A DNA stretch of 64,000 nucleotides from a virus. Lineage: Duplodnaviria > Caudoviricetes. This document shows positions 53,348 through 63,306 of the stretch, in pieces. Within the stretch, counting starts at the first letter, position 1, and the number at the start of each line of letters is the position of its first letter. The DNA lies in IMG/VR virus record IMGVR_UViG_3300043406_000131, positions 3,872-67,871 of that record; one strand, given 5' to 3'. The notes below the pieces were generated by a model. That model saw only the letters and a list, made by a program, of their open reading frames with translations, was not told the origin of the DNA and made no database searches. A program made the translations under genes and the position numbers.

Positions 53348-56116
53348 ATGGACCCGCTGACGCCACACCCGGATTCGCTCGCCGATCTGCTCGGCGGGAT
53401 CGACGCTGGACTTCCCACCCAGCAGAAGATGGGGCCGGGCGGAAAACCTGCCGCGTGGGGCGATCTGCTCATCGACAGCAACACAGGCAGGCCGGTTGGG
53501 TGGGGAACGGAAGCCAACCCCACTGCCCCACGAGAGACGATCGCCCGCGACCGCACCAAAACTGAACACGTCGCGCAGGTCTCTGAGGTCAAGTTCGAGA
53601 AGCCAGACGGCTCGTTCATCATCCTGCGCCTCAACGACGGGACCTCCGCCCAAGGCCCAGGCGAGCGAGACAATTTCTCCCCCGGGATTCGCTACCGGTT
53701 CATGGGGCGATGGAAGAACCATCCGCAGTGGGGAGACCAGTTTCACTTCACGTCGTTCACCGTGAACTCGTTCGCGGGTAAATCCGGGGTCATCACCTAC
53801 CTGACGAAAACCTGCGACGGGATCGGCGAGAAATCCGCCGGGCGACTGTGGGCGGCATACGGCCCGGACACGCTCGACGTGCTGCGGAACGAACCGGCCC
53901 GGGTGGTTGCGGATGGGATTTTGTCGGAACCCGTGGCGACCGCGGCATCCGCCGACCTGATCCGGGAACGACATCTCGAGGCTACCAAAGTCGGGTTGCA
54001 CGACCTGCTCAACGGCCGGGGGTTTCACGGTCGCCTCCAGAAACAGGCGATCTCCAAGTGGGGAGCGAAGGCACCGTCTACCATCCGCCGCGACCCGTTC
54101 AAGTTGCTCGGGATGGCCGGTGCCGGGTTCTCCAGGTGCGATCGGCTGTGGATCGATCTCGGGCTGAGGCCGGACCGGCTGAAGCGACAGGCATACGCGG
54201 TGGTGCACGAGATCAAGGGGGGCAGGGACGGGCATACGTGGGTAGCGGCGGACTCGGCTGTCGAAGCGGTGGTGAAGGCATGCGGGGGAGCGGCGAAACC
54301 GAAGTTGGCGATCAAGCTGGCGCAACGGGCGGGACTGCTGCGGGTGAAGAAGGATGAGGCCGGTGCCATCTGGGTGGCGCTGACCGAACGGGCGGAAGCC
54401 GAACGGCGGATCGCGGATTCGATCAAGAGGTTGATGGGAGATGGGCGGACAATGTGGCCGGACAGGATTCCGGTGAGCAAGGAGGAAGGAGATGGTCTCC
54501 CGTCTTCCCACCAAGTGGGGGAGTTGCGGTCCGCGACGCTTGCGCCGGTCGGTTGTTTCACGGGCGGTCCAGGGACCGGGAAGACGCACACGCTGAGTTT
54601 CTTGCTGAAGGAGATCCTGTTCACCGCTCTCGGGAATGACTCGGTCGCGGTCGCGGCGCCGACGGGTAAAGCCGCGGTCCGGGCGACCCATTCGTTGAAG
54701 GCTCGTGGGCTGAACATCCGGGCGACCACGATCCATCAACTGCTGGAGATCGGCAGGAACGGCCACGACGGCGGCGGGTGGGGATTTCTGCGGAACCGGG
54801 ACAACCCGATTGACCAGCGGTTTTTGATAATCGATGAAAGTTCGATGGTGGATTGTACATTGATGGCCGATCTGCTCGACGCCTGCGCCCCTGGCCTCTA
54901 TCTCCCCGCTCAACCCGAGCACTTTGTTCCCGCCGGCCAGTTGGTCCCGCCCCGCTGCCGGCGCTGTCACCGACTCCTCACTCACCCGGAGTCATTGCAA
55001 ACCGGCTACGGTCCCGAGTGCGTGAAGCGAGCTGATCCGTCAACGTTCGCCCCGGTGCGATCGTCGTTCGCCGGTCCCGAAGGCGTGAGAATCCCGGCCC
55101 TCCCGGAAGTCCGCTCGCCTGGCACTCACGTGCTGTTCGTCGGCGATCCGAACCAACTCGCACCAGTCGGCCACGGTGCCCCGCTACGGGATCTTCTCGC
55201 GTCCGGAATCCCCACCGGCGAACTGGTCGAAGTGCGGCGGAACGCGGGCAGGATCGTGATGGCGTGCAGGGACATTAAAGCCGGGCGGCCGGTTGAGTTC
55301 TCGCCCAAGATCGACCTCGAACCGACGGTCAACGAGAACTTGAAACTGGTGGAGTGCGGGTCGGCACAGGTCGCCGATACGGTCGTTGAGATCCTGTCGA
55401 TGGGGAGCATACGCGGGTTTCATGCGGTGTGGCAGACGCAAGTGATCGTCGCGTTGAACGAGAAGGGATCGGTGGCGCGAACCGACCTGAACGCGAGACT
55501 GCAAAAACTGCTGAACCCCGCCGGGCGATCCCATCCCAAGTGCCGGTTCCGAGTCGATGACAAAATCATCTGCACCAAGAACACGTGGTTGCGTCCCACG
55601 CTCCCACCGTGGCAACACTCCGGGGACGATCTGCTCAACGCGGACCGGTACCGGGATCTCAAAGACGACACGATGCAGGTGTACTGCGCGAACGGCGAAA
55701 TAGGCCGGGTGATCGCGGTCGCGGCTGATTCGTGCGTGGCGCGGTTCGGGGAGTCGGATCAGTTGGTGAGAGTGGGTGGGAAGCCGGGGAAGAGCGAGGG
55801 AGGCGGCGACGGCGGAGAAGAAAAGAAAGCGGAAGGTAGCACGGCCGATTTCGATCTCGCCTACGCGATTACCTGTCACAAGATCCAGGGCTCAAGCTCC
55901 CCGTGCGTCATCGTCTGTCTTGACGACGCCGCATCATCGATCGCTGACCGCAGCTGGCATTACACCGCACTCAGCCGGGCGGAAAAACTCTGCATCGTGG
56001 TCGGGCCGCGTGGCGTGTTGAACTCGCAGGCGGCGAAATTCTCGTTGGTGAAGCGGAAGACGTTTCTGACGGAATTGATCAGGGAATCGCGGGAGGTGAG
56101 TCATGGCGGCGATTGA
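53348..56116 (+). CDS. recD2: RecD2/TraA-like SF1B helicase with in-frame Zn-finger insertion
   Basis: GIGEKSA HhH, GGPGTGKT, APTGKAA, IIDESSMVD, VGDPNQL, AYAITCHKIQGS, YTALSRA. Confidence 0.92.
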   Translation: MDPLTPHPDSLADLLGGIDAGLPTQQKMGPGGKPAAWGDLLIDSNTGRPVGWGTEANPTAPRETIARDRTKTEHVAQVSEVKFEKPDGSFIILRLNDGTSAQGPGERDNFSPGIRYRFMGRWKNHPQWGDQFHFTSFTVNSFAGKSGVITYLTKTCDGIGEKSAGRLWAAYGPDTLDVLRNEPARVVADGILSEPVATAASADLIRERHLEATKVGLHDLLNGRGFHGRLQKQAISKWGAKAPSTIRRDPFKLLGMAGAGFSRCDRLWIDLGLRPDRLKRQAYAVVHEIKGGRDGHTWVAADSAVEAVVKACGGAAKPKLAIKLAQRAGLLRVKKDEAGAIWVALTERAEAERRIADSIKRLMGDGRTMWPDRIPVSKEEGDGLPSSHQVGELRSATLAPVGCFTGGPGTGKTHTLSFLLKEILFTALGNDSVAVAAPTGKAAVRATHSLKARGLNIRATTIHQLLEIGRNGHDGGGWGFLRNRDNPIDQRFLIIDESSMVDCTLMADLLDACAPGLYLPAQPEHFVPAGQLVPPRCRRCHRLLTHPESLQTGYGPECVKRADPSTFAPVRSSFAGPEGVRIPALPEVRSPGTHVLFVGDPNQLAPVGHGAPLRDLLASGIPTGELVEVRRNAGRIVMACRDIKAGRPVEFSPKIDLEPTVNENLKLVECGSAQVADTVVEILSMGSIRGFHAVWQTQVIVALNEKGSVARTDLNARLQKLLNPAGRSHPKCRFRVDDKIICTKNTWLRPTLPPWQHSGDDLLNADRYRDLKDDTMQVYCANGEIGRVIAVAADSCVARFGESDQLVRVGGKPGKSEGGGDGGEEKKAEGSTADFDLAYAITCHKIQGSSSPCVIVCLDDAASSIADRSWHYTALSRAEKLCIVVGPRGVLNSQAAKFSLVKRKTFLTELIRESREVSHGGD

Positions 56117-57746
56117 CATCACCAAAGAACTCAGCGCCACTGATTCTGGCAGCGGCATTCCTAATGGAAGGTACAAGGCCAAACTGATTAATTTCAGGAA
56201 ACTGGCCCCTACCAAGTGGACCGAGATCCAGAACCTGACCGTCGGCGAAGAGGTGATCGGTTCAAACGGACTGCCCACCTTGGTCAAGGGCGTTTATCGC
56301 CATGAGCCGCGCCAAATGTACCAGGTCAAGTTCTCGGACGGAACTTCAGTCGAGTGCGACGGAAAGCACTTGTGGCAGGTTAAAACGCTCAACGGGCCAT
56401 CAAAGACGATGGCCACGGATAGCATCAGGCAGTTCGGAACGCACTCGCCGTCAGGAGAGCCGAGATTCAAGATTCCGATCTTGTCAGGCGCGGCGCAGCT
56501 GAATTCGACGGGTGATAGGCCGATCGACCCGTACACGCTGGGGGCTCTTCTGGGTGACGGATCGATCACCTCCAGGGGATCGGCTACACTCACCTGCGAA
56601 CACGAAATCGTTGCGAACGCGACGGTTCCGGATGGGCATTCATGGAGACGGATCGAAGGTTCCGACAAGGGGAACGGGACTGTCGCGACCTACGCATCGA
56701 ACGGGTCAGAGTGGCATAAAAACCTGATCCTCGACGGCCTTCGATCTCTCGGCTTGTTTGGCATGCGAGCTTGGGAGAAGCGTGTCCCGGAAGCATACCT
56801 GTTTGCTTCAGCATGGGATCGGCTCGAACTCATCCGCGGGCTCATGGACACCGACGGAACCATCAAGACCACTTCGGGGATCGTCGCGAAGTTCTGCACA
56901 ACATCGAAGCAACTTGCAAAGGATGTCGTCTTCCTCGCCCAATCGCTCGGCGGCGTCACTCGCACTGACACCGAGGAGAATAGCCGATACTTCTACAAGG
57001 GCGAAGAGCGATTCGGCCGAATGAAGTATTTAGTTTCTCTCCGGATGCCGAGCGGGTGCAACCCGTTCAAACTACCTCGCAAGGCTGATCGGTGGCAACC
57101 GACCAAGAAGTCAATTTGCCGGTGGATCGTATCAATCACGCCGACTTCAATCGAGCCTTGCACCTGTATCGAGGTGGCCGCCGATGACCAGTTGTACGTC
57201 ACTGAAAACTGCATCGTGACGCACAACTCCCAGGCGATCCGGACCAAGTCCCACAATCTCCAGTTCGCCGGGCTGGAGAGAGACCGGGCCGGCGCTCGTG
57301 GGGCACTGCCCGACTACCTGATCAAGTTCCGGGCACCCGGCGAGAACAAGACGCCCATCGTGTCCGCCGGCGACGTGACCCGCAACAACTGGATCGATTG
57401 GGCGGAAGCGTGTTGGTCGGACATCCGGGAGACGGACACGCTCAACGTGGAAGGGACGAAGGGAGAAGGGGACACGAAGCACATCTGCCCTCTTCAATTG
57501 GGTGTCATCAATCGGCTGGTGCGGCTGTACTCGCAACCGGATGAACTCGTCTTCAGCCCGTTCGCCGGGATCGGCAGCGAGGGGTACGAGTCGCTTAAGT
57601 TGGGCCGGCGCTTTTATGGCGTGGAGCTAAAGCCTGAGTATTTTGCGACCGCGAAACTGAACTTGGCTCGGGCTGAGAAGTCGATGAAGACCGCGAAGGA
57701 AAACGACCTGTTCGCCGGGATCGCAACCGCAGGAGTCACCACATGA
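56103..57746 (+). CDS. Chimera: DUF669-like N-terminus, N-truncated LAGLIDADG intein, C-terminal half of N4/N6 DNA methyltransferase
   Basis: N-terminus parallels the 50081 protein; LGALLGDG and RGLMDTDG; IVTHN/S junction; KHICPLQL...VFSPFAGIGSEG...GVELKPEY. Confidence 0.8.
   Translation: MAAIDITKELSATDSGSGIPNGRYKAKLINFRKLAPTKWTEIQNLTVGEEVIGSNGLPTLVKGVYRHEPRQMYQVKFSDGTSVECDGKHLWQVKTLNGPSKTMATDSIRQFGTHSPSGEPRFKIPILSGAAQLNSTGDRPIDPYTLGALLGDGSITSRGSATLTCEHEIVANATVPDGHSWRRIEGSDKGNGTVATYASNGSEWHKNLILDGLRSLGLFGMRAWEKRVPEAYLFASAWDRLELIRGLMDTDGTIKTTSGIVAKFCTTSKQLAKDVVFLAQSLGGVTRTDTEENSRYFYKGEERFGRMKYLVSLRMPSGCNPFKLPRKADRWQPTKKSICRWIVSITPTSIEPCTCIEVAADDQLYVTENCIVTHNSQAIRTKSHNLQFAGLERDRAGARGALPDYLIKFRAPGENKTPIVSAGDVTRNNWIDWAEACWSDIRETDTLNVEGTKGEGDTKHICPLQLGVINRLVRLYSQPDELVFSPFAGIGSEGYESLKLGRRFYGVELKPEYFATAKLNLARAEKSMKTAKENDLFAGIATAGVTT
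56217..57227 (+). mobile_element. Intein with LAGLIDADG homing endonuclease, class 3-like, block A missing or degenerate
   Basis: Block B DGKHLW, block F CIEV, block G VTHN; Ser+1 at 57228. Confidence 0.85.
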
Positions 57747-57964
57747 GCATCACGCTCCGAATCGACGGCGGAGACATCGCCTTCCTCCCAACAGTCAACG
57801 CGGCCAAGCAGAAATGCCGGGAACTGTTCGGCGACGACATCCGGTTCAGTTCGAAGAACACGGATCGCGACGGGGACACGTACATCCACGTTCTTGAGGC
57901 GACTAGCGGAGCGTTTCTGGCCAGCATCGAGACACCGAATTCGAGATCGCGGAGGGCGGCGTGA
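57743..57964 (+). CDS. Hypothetical protein
   Basis: ATGA overlap. Confidence 0.6.
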   Translation: MSITLRIDGGDIAFLPTVNAAKQKCRELFGDDIRFSSKNTDRDGDTYIHVLEATSGAFLASIETPNSRSRRAA

Positions 57965-58428
57965 GCAAGAGCAAAACCAAACCGACCAACCGCCCGACTC
58001 GGCTCTACTTCATCGACCGCGGGCCGCAACCCGAGAACCACAAGGCACCGTACCACCGGTTCCTGATCTGCACGGACAAGAAGACAGCAGAGTGGGAAGT
58101 TGGTCATTCGTCACGGCCCGGATGGCTCTGGGTGCGCGATGAAGTTGGCGACCGCGAACACGGCGGGTCCGGCTGGCTGATTCTGCGGTGGAATGGACTG
58201 GTGATCGACTATGGGCCGGTCGTTCACTCGTTCCTGCTGCCGGACAACAAACGCACCGGGTTCAGCCATCCGGGGCAGAATGAAGCCCCGTGGTGGATGC
58301 TGAAGGAAGCCGTCTGGTGGTCAACGAAGATGATCCCGTGGTGGCTGGTGGATATCGGAGTGAAGCCGCCGGAGGATTCGTTCAGCCTCGATTTGATCAG
58401 CAAGAAGTACGAACAGGGTCAGTTCTGA
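57961..58428 (+). CDS. Trp-rich hypothetical protein
   Basis: GTGA overlap. Confidence 0.6.
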   Translation: MSKSKTKPTNRPTRLYFIDRGPQPENHKAPYHRFLICTDKKTAEWEVGHSSRPGWLWVRDEVGDREHGGSGWLILRWNGLVIDYGPVVHSFLLPDNKRTGFSHPGQNEAPWWMLKEAVWWSTKMIPWWLVDIGVKPPEDSFSLDLISKKYEQGQF

Positions 58429-58464
58429 ACCGACGCAAGGAATGCAAAAAGGAGAGAGAACAGA

Positions 58465-58890
58465 ATGGATTGTTTCATCGTCACGATTTCCAGCCGACTC
58501 GACGACTTCATTGTCCGTGTGCTCCCCACGCTACCAGACGCCTGCGCGTTTGCTCGCGATGTGCTGGCCGACCGCGCCGCCTATCTGGCCGCCGGGTGCC
58601 GGACCTACCGCCGTGGCGACGTCGCGGCCCGAGATCCGGAGAGTGCCGTGGTGTCGGTGGTCTTGGTGCGGGCCGGGGCTGTGGTGCAGGTGGTGGAGAA
58701 CTGGAACGCGGAGGCGGCTGGTATTCCGGCAATGCCATTCTGCGGGTTCGAGTTGGCGACGGACAGGCCAACCGACAGGCACGACGAGCCCTGCCCCGAG
58801 ACCGCCGAGATCGGATTCACCGCCGACCCGCTGACCGCCCTCATCAACCAGAACGATTCCCCAACCGTGGAGAGCAAACCCCGTGGATGA
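58465..58890 (+). CDS. Hypothetical protein
   Basis: Operon context. Confidence 0.55.
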   Translation: MDCFIVTISSRLDDFIVRVLPTLPDACAFARDVLADRAAYLAAGCRTYRRGDVAARDPESAVVSVVLVRAGAVVQVVENWNAEAAGIPAMPFCGFELATDRPTDRHDEPCPETAEIGFTADPLTALINQNDSPTVESKPRG

Positions 58891-59326
58891 CACCCGAGAC
58901 AGAATCGAAACCGATGACAGCGAGATCACCGTTGGCGAAGGCTCTCCGCTCACGCTCTCCAGCCTGCAAACGATGATGAATCATCCGGCATTCTCGGAGC
59001 ACGAACTGACGGCCGTCGTGGCTGATGTCAGCGCCACCGAAGGCAGGGTCGTGGAGATCACGATACCCGACAACGTCACGCCGACCGGGCGATTCGTTCC
59101 GGACCAGCCGAAGCCGTTGGAAAACCGGCACGCGAGACGGAAAGCGGCGGCGCAGAACCGGGCGGCCATCAAGCGAATCAAGCGGATGGCGATGGGGGTG
59201 CGTGGGAAGAATCCGGCAGCGGTGCCGGTCCCGGTCCCGTCGCCGACCGCGGTGGAGAGCAACGAGCCCAGCCAGACCGACACGACGTCTCCGAATCCGA
59301 CCAACCTGAAAGAAGTGCCCGCGTGA
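58883..59326 (+). CDS. Hypothetical protein
   Basis: Overlaps both neighbours. Confidence 0.5.
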   Translation: MDDTRDRIETDDSEITVGEGSPLTLSSLQTMMNHPAFSEHELTAVVADVSATEGRVVEITIPDNVTPTGRFVPDQPKPLENRHARRKAAAQNRAAIKRIKRMAMGVRGKNPAAVPVPVPSPTAVESNEPSQTDTTSPNPTNLKEVPA

Positions 59327-61071
59327 CTGTTGCCCGTACCGCATCCCGGAACAAATCGACCATCCGCGCAGCCGATCTTTTTTGCGGCGCGGGCGGCACC
59401 TCAACGGGCCTGGCTCAAGCGTCGGAACGTCTCGGCCGCCGTCTTGATCTGGCCGCGGTCAACCACTGGTCCCGCGCCGTCGAGACCCACGCGAAGAACC
59501 ACCCGAAGGCCAACCACTTCTGCGAGGACATCAGCACCCTCGACCCGAAGAAGGCGGTCAAGGGCGGAAAGCTGGACATCCTCGTGGCGTCGCCGGCTTG
59601 CACCCATCACTCGGTTGCCCGTGGTGGGAAGCCGATGTCGGACCAATCCCGGGCGTCCGCGTGGTGCGTGCTCCGCTGGGCAACCGAACTGCACATCGAC
59701 CGGATCATCGTTGAGAACGTGCCCGAATTCGAACAGTGGGGACCGATCGGCACCAACGGCCGCCCGCTGAAATCCCGACGTGGCGAGACTTTTCAGGCGT
59801 TCGTCAAGTCCCTCGAATCGCTCGGCTACACGGTCGCGTGGCGCGTGCTCAACGCGGCCGACTACGGCGGGGCAACCACCCGGCGCCGGATCTTCGTCCA
59901 GGCGGTCCGCGGCCGCCGGAAGATCCAATGGCCGGAACCAACCCACTCCGCGACGCCGGGTCAACTCGGGCTGTTCCGCGAACCGCTGCCCAAGTGGAGG
60001 GCGGCGCGAGAGGTGATCGATTGGGGGATCAGGGGGCGGAGCATCTTCGGGCGGAAGCGTCCGCTGAGCGAGAACACGCTGAAGCGGATCGAGGCGGGGT
60101 TGAGAAAGTTCGGCGGGGCGAATGCGGAACCGTTCCTGTTGCTGTTGAGGGGGACGGACCCGAGTCAGGTGAAGGGGTCGGCGCGGTCTGTCGATGATCC
60201 CGTTCCGACGGTGACCACGAGCGGCGGGCACGTCGGAGTGTGTGAGCCGTTCGTGGTCCCGCAGTTCGGCAGCAACGGCCCGCGATCGGTGGACCGGCCG
60301 CTCGGCACCATCACGACCACGAGCCGCGGGATCGGTGTCTGTGAGCCGTACATCACGAGTTACTACGGAAACAGCACGGATGCCGAATCGGTGGAGAAGC
60401 CGATTCCGACGGTAACCACCCACGACCGATTCGGCCTCGTGGAACCGTTTCTCGTGTCCGCCGGCGGCCCCAAGGTTGGCGCTCAGCCAGTTGACGGTCC
60501 GATGAACACGGTCCTGACCAGGGACCACATGGCGTTGGTCGAACCGGTCAGCCCGTACCTGATACACACGACCCATCACGGCGGGGATCGAGTCTCGGAC
60601 GTCAATCAACCACTCCCGACGGTGACGACGGCCAAGCGCGGCGAGATGGCGCTGATCCAGCCGTTCGTTCTCCCACCCGAAGGAATCCACCGGGGCAACG
60701 CGCCGCGGTCCGTCGATACCCCGCTCCAGACGATCACTGCCGGACGCGGCGGCGGTTGCGTTGTCGAGCCGTTCATTCTCCCGTACCGCCAGTTCGACGG
60801 CATGCAGGTGGACGCGATCAGCGACCCAATGCGGACCATCACAGCCAAGAACGGCGGATGTAACGCACTCGTGTTTCCTGACGGATCGCTCGGGATGCTC
60901 GACATCCTGTTCCGCATGCTCGAGCCCCACGAGTTGATGGCGGCGATGGGATTCCCGCTGGACTACATTCTGACCGGGAACCGGGAGGAGCGGGTGAAGC
61001 AGATCGGGAACGCGGTTGAGGTGAACTTGGCGAGAGAGTTGATGTACGCGTCACTGCATGAGGGGAACTGA
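59323..61071 (+). CDS. dcm: C5 cytosine DNA methyltransferase with repeated variable region
   Basis: DLFCGAGG, ASPAC (motif IV), ENV, RRRIF, QIGNAV; about seven (S/P)VDxPxxT(I/V)T...EPF repeats. Confidence 0.93.
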   Translation: MTVARTASRNKSTIRAADLFCGAGGTSTGLAQASERLGRRLDLAAVNHWSRAVETHAKNHPKANHFCEDISTLDPKKAVKGGKLDILVASPACTHHSVARGGKPMSDQSRASAWCVLRWATELHIDRIIVENVPEFEQWGPIGTNGRPLKSRRGETFQAFVKSLESLGYTVAWRVLNAADYGGATTRRRIFVQAVRGRRKIQWPEPTHSATPGQLGLFREPLPKWRAAREVIDWGIRGRSIFGRKRPLSENTLKRIEAGLRKFGGANAEPFLLLLRGTDPSQVKGSARSVDDPVPTVTTSGGHVGVCEPFVVPQFGSNGPRSVDRPLGTITTTSRGIGVCEPYITSYYGNSTDAESVEKPIPTVTTHDRFGLVEPFLVSAGGPKVGAQPVDGPMNTVLTRDHMALVEPVSPYLIHTTHHGGDRVSDVNQPLPTVTTAKRGEMALIQPFVLPPEGIHRGNAPRSVDTPLQTITAGRGGGCVVEPFILPYRQFDGMQVDAISDPMRTITAKNGGCNALVFPDGSLGMLDILFRMLEPHELMAAMGFPLDYILTGNREERVKQIGNAVEVNLARELMYASLHEGN

Positions 61072-61077
61072 AAGATC

Positions 61078-61685
61078 ATGGCCGCACCGACCGCAACCAC
61101 CGAAGCCTTCCCGCTTTCCTTGCCCGTGGGACGCCCGCGAACTCCGTCCTATCGGATCGCCCGCTCCAAGTTCGACTGCTCGTTCACCAGGGCGCGTGAC
61201 GAACTGTTCCGCGAGTTGAAGCTGATGGCTCCTCCGTCGTGCTCTCCACCAACATCGCGTTGCGGCGGGACGGCCTGCCGCTCGCCAACCAGCGCCAGCC
61301 GGAAGACTGCGGGGTCGCGGTGTACTTCTCCCGTGGGAAGCGGCAGTTGTGTTTCGCGTGCGATCGGTGGGTGAAGGTTGAGGACAACATCTGGGCGGTC
61401 TGCAAGACGGTGGACGCACTGCGGGGGATTGAGCGGTGGGGGACCGGGGACATGGTGGAGGCGGCGTTTAGCGGGTTCCAAGCGATCGCAGCGCCGCCGG
61501 CACCGGTGGGCAAGCCGTGGTGGGAAGTGTTCGGGATCAACGAGCACGCGACGAATGGGTATGTGCATCAGCGGTACCGGGAACTCGCGATGGTGTACCA
61601 CCCGGACCGGGGCGGAGACGGCGAGACGATGGCGAAGATCAACGCGGCGTACGAGTCGTTCAAGAAGGAGCGGGATCTGTCATGA
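61078..61685 (+). pseudogene. Phage J-domain (DnaJ-like) protein with a 1-nt frameshift near 61228
   Basis: AFPLSLPVGRPRT...ELKLM in one frame joins VLSTN...DGLP...GVAVYF...ACDRW...HPDRGG in the -1 frame. Confidence 0.8.
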
Positions 61686-61789
61686 GCGACCGAATCAAAC
61701 GACGCCAACATCTGCTGGTCGGCCTTGGGCTGGCGATTGCCGCCGGACTTCTGGAGGTGTTCCTCTACTGGATCGGGTGGTTCAACTGA
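61682..61789 (+). CDS. Small membrane peptide
   Basis: ATGA overlap; single TM. Confidence 0.5.
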   Translation: MSDRIKRRQHLLVGLGLAIAAGLLEVFLYWIGWFN

Positions 61790-62027
61790 GAGCAGTACCC
61801 GCATCACGGCTCGTTGCCGCGACGGCTGACCGGGGGCCGATCCCTCCCCGGCTGATTGTCGGACTGCGAGGGAAGAACACCGGTGAAACGGTGGTGCAGG
61901 TCCAGGGTGAAGCGAGGTCCATGCAATCGACCGACGACGAACCCCGACAGTCGGCCCGCGGGTGCCGGCTGTTACTTCCCACGATGCAGATGATGGCGGA
62001 AGCAAAACCAACGAGAGACCCCAACCT

Positions 62028-62612
62028 ATGCAGATCGAAACCGGCTGGATTCAAACGCGATCCGGGAAGAAATTCTACCCGCTCGCCCCGCGTCCCGGGT
62101 CCGTGGACATCAACGATATCGCCCATGCGCTGGCGAACCTCTGTCGGTTCACCGGGCACTGCGACTTTTACTCCGTGGCTCAGCACAGCGTTCACGTTGC
62201 GAAACTGGTGTCCCCGCCTGCCCGCCTCCTGGCCCTGCTCCACGATGCGGCCGAAGCCTACATGGGGGATATCGCCCGGCCGTGGAAGCGGATGCTCTAC
62301 GTGGAGGACGGAGTCGGGCAGGCCATCCACGAGTCGATCAAGCTCCGAGAGAAGCGACTGCTCGACGTGATCCTGTCGGCGCTCGGAGTGGAGCAGCGGG
62401 CCGAGTGGTGGGACGAGATCGAGCAGGCCGACATGACGATGTTGGTGACCGAGGCCCGCGACCTGATGGCACCGGTTCACCCTGACTGGTACCACACGGA
62501 GACGAACGGGTTCAAGGCAATGCTGGAGAAGGTTGAGCCGATGTCGCCGGATCTGGCGCGGCACGTGTTTTTGTGTGAGTGGAAGAAACTGAACCAAACG
62601 AGGGGCCAATGA
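62028..62612 (+). CDS. HD-domain phosphohydrolase (YfbR-like)
   Basis: DIAHALANLCRFTGH...YSVAQHS...LLHDAAEAYMGDI. Confidence 0.9.
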   Translation: MQIETGWIQTRSGKKFYPLAPRPGSVDINDIAHALANLCRFTGHCDFYSVAQHSVHVAKLVSPPARLLALLHDAAEAYMGDIARPWKRMLYVEDGVGQAIHESIKLREKRLLDVILSALGVEQRAEWWDEIEQADMTMLVTEARDLMAPVHPDWYHTETNGFKAMLEKVEPMSPDLARHVFLCEWKKLNQTRGQ

Positions 62613-62929
62613 CACGCTCACAAGAACTTGCCAACCCGAACAGCTGCTTCAACAAAGCGGCCGATGACGAGTTGATGTTCGTCCTGCTGGAACGCGATCC
62701 GTGCGCCCCAGCCGCAATCCGGGCGTGGGTGGCGGCGCGACTGGAACGCGGCATCGACGGCGTGGACTCCAAGAAGATCGTCACGGCGCTGGCGATGGCG
62801 GATGAGATGGAGAATCCGGCGGCGGTGTGTGACTGCGGATACCCGAGAACGATGTACCGGAACGGCAGCGGTCACGATGAGAAATGTCCGGTCCATCTCC
62901 GCTACCTGAAACGGAGGAAGTCGCAGTGA
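62609..62929 (+). CDS. Conserved phage protein
   Basis: SCFNKAADDELMFVLLERDPCAPAAIRAW. Confidence 0.7.
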   Translation: MTRSQELANPNSCFNKAADDELMFVLLERDPCAPAAIRAWVAARLERGIDGVDSKKIVTALAMADEMENPAAVCDCGYPRTMYRNGSGHDEKCPVHLRYLKRRKSQ

Positions 62930-63306
62930 ACGAGCAACCGGCCCCGATCCCGAACGAATGGCCTGCCGTCTGGGATCTCGTCATCGCTGACATGCAGGCA
63001 CGCGACTCCGTCGGCCGACAGCGGTACGGGACTCGCCTCCAGCCGCACAACGGCCGCGATGCCCTGCGGGACGCGTACGAGGAGGTGCTCGACTTGGCGG
63101 TGTATCTGCGGCAGGAGATCGAAGAGCGAAAGGCGGCGCAGGCCGTACCGACAAAGAACGTTTCATCGTCGGTCGGGACGGTCACCCAGACGTGTCCACT
63201 GTGCGAGAAATGCGGCAACTACCGTCAAGGGTTCTGCGAATACTGCAAGCCGAAACCGGTTGAGCAGAGCGCCGCCGCGGTCACCATCTCGGAGCCCTGC
63301 TCCTGA
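62926..63306 (+). CDS. MazG-like all-alpha NTP pyrophosphohydrolase
   Basis: GRQRYGTRL...NGRDALRDAYEEVLDLAVYL. Confidence 0.7.
   Translation: MNEQPAPIPNEWPAVWDLVIADMQARDSVGRQRYGTRLQPHNGRDALRDAYEEVLDLAVYLRQEIEERKAAQAVPTKNVSSSVGTVTQTCPLCEKCGNYRQGFCEYCKPKPVEQSAAAVTISEPCS

Noticed and set aside
53081-54985. 634-aa minus-strand ORF
   Set aside because: Antisense to recD2 and the tRNA; no recognisable domain
59401-60930. 509-aa minus-strand ORF
   Set aside because: Antisense shadow of dcm
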